Source: Candidatus Omnitrophota bacterium
GTDB taxonomy: Bacteria > Omnitrophota > Gorgyraeia > JAHJTE01
Direction of reading: 5' to 3'
Length of the DNA: 64,000 nt
Assembly: GCA_018830005.1 (NCBI GenBank)
Contig: JAHJTE010000002.1
Span: forward strand, 73,517 to 137,516
The position numbers and the translations under genes are program-made. The notes beneath the pieces are model-generated. The model was given only the letters and a program-made list of their open reading frames with translations. It was not told the origin of the DNA and ran no database searches. How positions within the stretch are numbered: the first letter of the stretch is position 1; each line of letters opens with the position of its first letter. This document shows, piece by piece, positions 58,778 through 64,000 of this stretch.

Positions 58778-60085
58778 TTAACCTAAATTGTCTTTTAAAT
58801 ATTGCCCTACGTTACCAACATCTATCCTGTCTTGTTTCATTGAGTCTCTGTCGCGAACAGTAACCTTAGAATCCCCTAAACTCTCTACATCAACTGTAAC
58901 GCAATAACAGGTACCAATCTCATCCTGTCGACGATAAAGTCTTCCGATACTTGCTGTATCATCATAAGCACAGAAAAAAGACCTTTCTAAATCAGCTGCT
59001 ATTCTCTTACATAAGTCGACTATTTCCTTATTCTTTTTAAGAAGCGGCAATACTGCTACCTTTATAGGCGCAAGTTGTTTTCCGAGGCCTAGGACGACTC
59101 TTTGCTGGCCACGTACCTCTTCTTCCCTATAGGCATCCACAAGAAAAGCCAAGATTGCCCTGTCAACGCCTCCGGAAGGCTCAATAATAAAAGGTAAGCT
59201 CTTTTCGTAGGATAGATCTTTCTTAGAACAATCCTGATGTTGCCTTAAATCAAAATCTCCTCTGTTGGCAATGCCCTCAAGTTCACTCCAGCCAAAAGGA
59301 AACTTATATTCAATGTCAGTGCAGGCCAAGGCGTAATGCGCCAACTCCTCTTTTTTGTGTTCGCGCTTTTTTAGATTCTCTTCCTTCATACCGAGTTTTA
59401 AATACCAATCGAATCTATCATTAATCCACTGCTTGTAGAATTTATCAGCCTCGTTCGGCAAGACAAAATATTCTATCTCCATCTGTTCGAATTCTCTGGT
59501 CCTGAAGGTAAAGTTTCCCGGCGTGACTTCGTTACGAAATGCCTTACCGATCTGGGCAACGCCAAATGGTAATTTTTTACGCGTAGTATTCAGGATATTG
59601 GAGAAATTGACAAATATTCCTTGGGCAGTCTCAGGGCGCAGATAGGTTTCTGCTCCACCAACTCCTAACGCACCCAAGGTAGTCCTAAGCATTAGATTAA
59701 ATTCTCTGGCGTCTGTCAAGCCAACGCCGTCATTACCGCATTCTGGGCACTTATTTGGTTTTTTAGGATTCCAGCGCGGATCATCCGCTTTTATTCTTTT
59801 TTTGCAAACCAAGCAATCTTTGTATTTATCGATAAAGCTTTTCACATGCCCTGACGCCTTCCAAACCTCAGGATGCATAAGTATGGCAGCATCTAGACCC
59901 ACCATGTCTGAACGCATCTGCACGTTCTCTTTCCACCAGGCATCTTTAACATTTCTCTTTAACTCTACACCTAAAGGACCGTAATCCCAGGTATTTGCCA
60001 GGCCGCCATAAATCTCAGAACCCTGGAATATAAATCCACGCCGCTTACAGAGTGAAACTATTTTATCCATTAAGTTATCAGACAT
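58778..60085 (-). CDS. glyQS: Glycine-tRNA ligase (alpha2 type)
   Basis: KRRGF, YLRPETAQGIF, FRTREFEQME, IEPSGG, RQDEIG. Confidence 0.95.
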   Translation of the reverse strand: MSDNLMDKIVSLCKRRGFIFQGSEIYGGLANTWDYGPLGVELKRNVKDAWWKENVQMRSDMVGLDAAILMHPEVWKASGHVKSFIDKYKDCLVCKKRIKADDPRWNPKKPNKCPECGNDGVGLTDAREFNLMLRTTLGALGVGGAETYLRPETAQGIFVNFSNILNTTRKKLPFGVAQIGKAFRNEVTPGNFTFRTREFEQMEIEYFVLPNEADKFYKQWINDRFDWYLKLGMKEENLKKREHKKEELAHYALACTDIEYKFPFGWSELEGIANRGDFDLRQHQDCSKKDLSYEKSLPFIIEPSGGVDRAILAFLVDAYREEEVRGQQRVVLGLGKQLAPIKVAVLPLLKKNKEIVDLCKRIAADLERSFFCAYDDTASIGRLYRRQDEIGTCYCVTVDVESLGDSKVTVRDRDSMKQDRIDVGNVGQYLKDNLG

Positions 60086-60095
60086 CTTTTAGCGA

Positions 60096-60929
60096 TTATA
60101 ATTTCTTCAACTCTTCTTCTTTGATTGAAAAACTATGCTCTTTCGTCGGGAACTTAGCTTCGATAACCTCTTTTTTATATTCCTGGACAGCTGTCTTGAT
60201 TGCTCTTGAGAGATCTACATACTGCTTTATGAATTTTGGCCGAAAGCGCTGAAAAAGCCCCAACAAATCATGGGTAACTAATACCTGGCCATCGCAATGA
60301 ATACCAGCGCCAATGCCAATAGTAGGGATTTTAAGTTCTTCTGTTATTCTTTTGGAAATCATATCCGGTACGCACTCCAGTACGATAGAAAAACAACCCA
60401 AGTCTTCTAGGAGGTGAGCCTGTTCTATTAATTTGGCTGCCGTAGCAGCATCTTTACCCTGGACCTTAAATCCACCTATCTTTTCTGCGGTCTGGGGCGT
60501 AAGGCCAATATGGCCCATAACTGAAATTCCGGCCTTTATTATTGATTCTGTTACTTCAAGACAACGATCAAACCACTCAAGCTTAACGCAATCACAACCT
60601 GCCTCATCCAAAAACCTACGGGCATTTTTTACTGAATCCTTAATATCAACCTGGTAGGATTCATAAGGCATATCTCCAATAACTAAAGAGTATTTAACAG
60701 CGCGCCTTACTGCCTTGGCATGATGAAGCATTTCAGCCATTCCTACCTTAGTTGTTGAATCCAGACCCAATACAACATTGGCCACAGAATCCCCTACTAA
60801 GATCATATCAATACCACACTCATCAATTATAGAAGCAAGAGGAAAATCATAGGCAGTAAGCATGGTGATTTTTTCACGCCTTTTCTTCTTCTCCAGAATC
60901 TGGGGGATTGTAATTTTCTCTCTGGTCAT
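60096..60929 (-). CDS. panB: 3-methyl-2-oxobutanoate hydroxymethyltransferase
   Basis: MLTAYD, LVGDS, DMP, GHIGLTPQ, IGIGAG..CDGQVLV. Confidence 0.95.
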   Translation of the reverse strand: MTREKITIPQILEKKKRREKITMLTAYDFPLASIIDECGIDMILVGDSVANVVLGLDSTTKVGMAEMLHHAKAVRRAVKYSLVIGDMPYESYQVDIKDSVKNARRFLDEAGCDCVKLEWFDRCLEVTESIIKAGISVMGHIGLTPQTAEKIGGFKVQGKDAATAAKLIEQAHLLEDLGCFSIVLECVPDMISKRITEELKIPTIGIGAGIHCDGQVLVTHDLLGLFQRFRPKFIKQYVDLSRAIKTAVQEYKKEVIEAKFPTKEHSFSIKEEELKKL

Positions 60930-60988
60930 AAGAGTCCTCTGCTATTACAAAAATTCTATTTTAGCAAGCTATAAACATACTGTCAAGG

Positions 60989-61927
60989 TCAGCGGCTTAT
61001 TATCTTAACCTCTATACCTTCAAATTTATCTGCCAATGCTAAACCCTTTTTCTCACCCAGGATGAAAATTGCTGTTGCCAACGCATCAGAAGTCATGGCG
61101 CGATCTGAAACAACAGTTACCGAGCTAATCCTTGAATCTATGGGATAACCAGTGCGGGGGTCAACAATATGACTGTAACGCTTTCCTCCCAGAGTAAAGA
61201 ATTGCTCATAATCTCCACTTGTAGCAACCGCCCTATCAACCAAAGAAAATACCTGACTAAATTTTCCTTCTTTTTCTGGATGCCTCACTGCAATCTTCCA
61301 GGGTCTATTAAATTTTTTTCCCAAACAATAGATGTCACCGCCGGCATTAATTAAAGCAGAGCTAATGCCTGCTGCCTTTAATTTTTCTACGGCAATATCT
61401 ACAGCAAAACCTTTAGCAATTGCACCTAAATCGATTTTCATACCTGCTTTTTTAAATTTGATTAAGCCATTTTCCCTATCAACAGAAACCTGCTTCCAGT
61501 CCACTAATTCCCTGGCCTTTTTTATTTCCTTATGAGGCGGCAATTCTTTACCCTTAATCGCCTTCTTCCAGATATCACTCAAAGGGCCGATAGTAATATC
61601 AAATGTCCCTGAGGATTCCTCTGATATCCTTAAAGACTCAACTATTAAATCCAGCAATTCTTTATCAGCGCTAACTATACCATCTCTATTCAACTCAGCT
61701 ACAGGACTTGAGCTTTTAAAATGACTTAATTTTTCATCAAGGCGCTTAAAGGTATCGAAGACAATCTTTGCTGCCTGATCCGAGTTAGAGGTGACCTCGA
61801 CAATCGTGCCCATAAGAAACTTTCTCTGAAGCGTAAAGGCCTCTTCTGAATCGCGATAAGAGCATCCAGAAAAAATCAGAGAAATAAAAACTATAATTAA
61901 TAATTTAGATAAAAATTGTGGTTTCAT
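60989..61927 (-). CDS. apbE: FAD:protein FMN transferase lipoprotein
   Basis: Lipobox FSGC, MGT, DLGAIAKG, NAGGD, ATSGDYE, HIVDPRTG. Confidence 0.93.
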   Translation of the reverse strand: MKPQFLSKLLIIVFISLIFSGCSYRDSEEAFTLQRKFLMGTIVEVTSNSDQAAKIVFDTFKRLDEKLSHFKSSSPVAELNRDGIVSADKELLDLIVESLRISEESSGTFDITIGPLSDIWKKAIKGKELPPHKEIKKARELVDWKQVSVDRENGLIKFKKAGMKIDLGAIAKGFAVDIAVEKLKAAGISSALINAGGDIYCLGKKFNRPWKIAVRHPEKEGKFSQVFSLVDRAVATSGDYEQFFTLGGKRYSHIVDPRTGYPIDSRISSVTVVSDRAMTSDALATAIFILGEKKGLALADKFEGIEVKIISR

Positions 61928-63645
61928 TTCTTTAAAATCCTCATTAACTCCTTCAAGCCTTTAGTGTTAATACAATCCTTTTTCTCTATCCATCCCCGAC
62001 GAGCAGTGGCAACGCCCAAACGCATAAAATCCAGATGGTTAAGATTGTGGGCATCGGTATTTATAGCCAGATTAACGCCGTGCGCCTTTGCCTGGCGAGA
62101 ATTAATATCATTTAAATCAAGCCTATCTGGAAATGAATTTATTTCCAATGCGGTGTTAGTGCTAGCTGCTACTTTGTAGATCTCTTTAAAATCAATGTCG
62201 TAGGACTCGCGCACACCCCAAAGCCGGCCTGTAGGATGGGCAATAATATTAACGTATTTATTCTTGCATGCCTTTATAATCCGCTGCGTGAGTTCCTTCT
62301 TTGGCTGCTTAAAACCAGAGTGAATTGCAGCAACAACAACGTCAAATTCAGCCAAAAGATCTGCCGGGTAATCAAGCTCCCCATGCGAATCAATGTCAAC
62401 TTCAGCAGCGTATAAAATACGAATTGAGGAAAATTCCTTATTCAATCTTTCGATCTCCTGTTTCTTTTTCTTCAATGCCTCCTTATCCAGGCCACTTGCA
62501 ATCTTTAAACTTTGAGAATGATCAGCAATAGCTATATATTCATAACCCTTATTTTTTGCCCTAGAGGCAATATCGGAAATAGAATTTAGGCCATCTGAAT
62601 AATTTGAATGAACATGCAAATCGCCTTTTATGTCTGATAGCTCTAATAACTTTGGCAATCTATTTTTAATAGCTAATTCCACTTCACCCCTGTCTTCCCT
62701 TAATTCTGGCTGAAGAAAAGATAGGCCTAAAGATTTAAAGATGCCCTCTTCTGTTTTTCCAGCCAATAACTTCTCTTTTTTACCTTTAACAGAAAACAGG
62801 CCGTATTCGTTTATCTTCATTTTCTTCTTAAGCGCGAGCTGCCTTAGTCTAATATTGAAATCCTTTGAACCAGTAAAATAAAGCAAGGCCGCACCAAAGC
62901 TCATCACAGGTACAACCCTCAAATCAACCTGAATGCCGCTGGCTGCAATTATACTTGCCCTTGTCTGACCCTTAGCAAGTATCCTTTTTACGCCTCCTAA
63001 ATTGATAAAGCTATCAATAATCTTTTTAGCGTTATTTGAAGCTGCAAGGATATCAATGTCTCTTACAGTCTCTTTCATGCGTCGTGCTGAACCAGCATAC
63101 ATAAGCTTCTTAGCCTGCTTGTTGCAAGAGAGATTATTCAGGATGCCCTCAGCAATCTGAAGTGCCTTAGCCAAAGAGATCCTTTCTCTCCCCTTTTTAA
63201 AGATGTCTATGCCTGCTAAGATATTGGAAACCGTCTTTTCCCTAATCCCTTCTAACTTATGAAGCCTGCCTCTTTTTGCGCATATCTGGAGTTCTGTAAC
63301 AGATTTGACTCCCAGTTTTTTGTATAACAAACCTACGGTCTTAGGACCTAAACCAGGGACCTCAAGTATATCCAGAAGGCCCAGAGGAATGGTCTTTTTT
63401 AGATCCTCATGAAATTTAAGACTTCCGGTTAAGGCTATTTCCTTAATCTTTGCTGCTAAGTCTTTCCCTATGCCTGGAATGGTTTCTAATTGATCTTCCC
63501 TGATAAGTGTGTTAATGCCCTCATTTAAGGATTCGATTGTTGCTGCAGCACGCGCATAAGCACGTATGCGAAATGGATTATCGTTTTTAATCTCTAGAAT
63601 TTTACTTATCTGCCTGAAGATTTGAGAAATCTCAAGATTATCCAT
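61924..63645 (-). CDS. polX: DNA polymerase X / PHP 3'-5' exonuclease
   Basis: NPFRIRAY, GSARR.KETVRDID, YFTGSK, DLHVHS..SDG, NTDAH. Confidence 0.93.
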   Translation of the reverse strand: MDNLEISQIFRQISKILEIKNDNPFRIRAYARAAATIESLNEGINTLIREDQLETIPGIGKDLAAKIKEIALTGSLKFHEDLKKTIPLGLLDILEVPGLGPKTVGLLYKKLGVKSVTELQICAKRGRLHKLEGIREKTVSNILAGIDIFKKGRERISLAKALQIAEGILNNLSCNKQAKKLMYAGSARRMKETVRDIDILAASNNAKKIIDSFINLGGVKRILAKGQTRASIIAASGIQVDLRVVPVMSFGAALLYFTGSKDFNIRLRQLALKKKMKINEYGLFSVKGKKEKLLAGKTEEGIFKSLGLSFLQPELREDRGEVELAIKNRLPKLLELSDIKGDLHVHSNYSDGLNSISDIASRAKNKGYEYIAIADHSQSLKIASGLDKEALKKKKQEIERLNKEFSSIRILYAAEVDIDSHGELDYPADLLAEFDVVVAAIHSGFKQPKKELTQRIIKACKNKYVNIIAHPTGRLWGVRESYDIDFKEIYKVAASTNTALEINSFPDRLDLNDINSRQAKAHGVNLAINTDAHNLNHLDFMRLGVATARRGWIEKKDCINTKGLKELMRILKK

Positions 63646-63693
63646 TAATTTTTTCCCTGTTTTTTCCTCTTAAGTGAAAAAATCTAAAATAAA

Positions 63694-64000
63694 CTAACTC
63701 TTGGGTATTTTGAATAATAAACTTCCCTTAAATCCTCTAGATAACCTATAGAGGAAAAAATATGCACCTGGCGAGGCTATGGGATTTCTAAATAAATCAA
63801 AGACCAGATGCATGGTTATGCCTATTGCAAAAGCTGTCCAAAACAAATTAAACTCAAACAAAAGAATCATCAACCACAATAAGAATACTAATTCAAAAGA
63901 ATGAAAGACAATGTAGATTCTTTCCTTGTCCTTAACTATATTAGAATAATACAATGCCTTCAAACTAAACTCTCTATTTTTTATAGACAGGTATTCCGGA
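63694..64000 (-). CDS. Membrane protein, 5' end outside the window (possible metal-dependent hydrolase)
   Basis: Frame stays open to the window edge; FHSFE and MHLVFD His motifs with TM segments. Confidence 0.55.
   Translation of the reverse strand, partial: PEYLSIKNREFSLKALYYSNIVKDKERIYIVFHSFELVFLLWLMILLFEFNLFWTAFAIGITMHLVFDLFRNPIASPGAYFFLYRLSRGFKGSLLFKIPKS

Noticed and set aside
846-62531. Numerous short antisense or overlapping ORFs in the track (e.g. 3257-3676, 4548-5033, 27826-28533, 45698-46321)
   Set aside because: They lie opposite or inside well-supported genes and have no recognisable motifs; they are shadow ORFs

Overview
Low-GC bacterial chromosomal segment. Gene content and order suggest a PVC-group organism such as Ca. 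Omnitrophota (inference only). A 28-bp dif-like XerCD site at 3827-3854 sits where gene orientation flips from + to almost entirely -, which suggests the replication terminus. It is flanked by two toxin-antitoxin pairs, a C1 peptidase and a DUF134/LAGLIDADG/HTH trio. About 35 kb (5.5-41.2 kb) is a self-contained exosortase/PEP-CTERM plus exopolysaccharide system. It has its own rpoN, a GAF-kinase/NtrC-type pair, two matching sigma-54 promoters with identically arranged upstream elements, and a small MerR/BldC-like regulator next to 10-bp-period repeats. It also encodes unusual fusions: a priming sugar transferase with an internal PEP-CTERM-like signal, and an O-antigen ligase/polymerase fused to a beta-helix protein. 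Further right are an AbiE pair, lipA/lpdA, an enlarged c-di-GMP-I (GEMM)-like RNA with its own promoter and terminator downstream of an HD-GYP gene, a ParA-CBM48 fusion, a porin, tRNA-Arg(CCT) and housekeeping genes (apt, sigma-70 factor, ppdK, glyQS, panB, apbE, polX). All calls are by eye from motifs; no searches were run.
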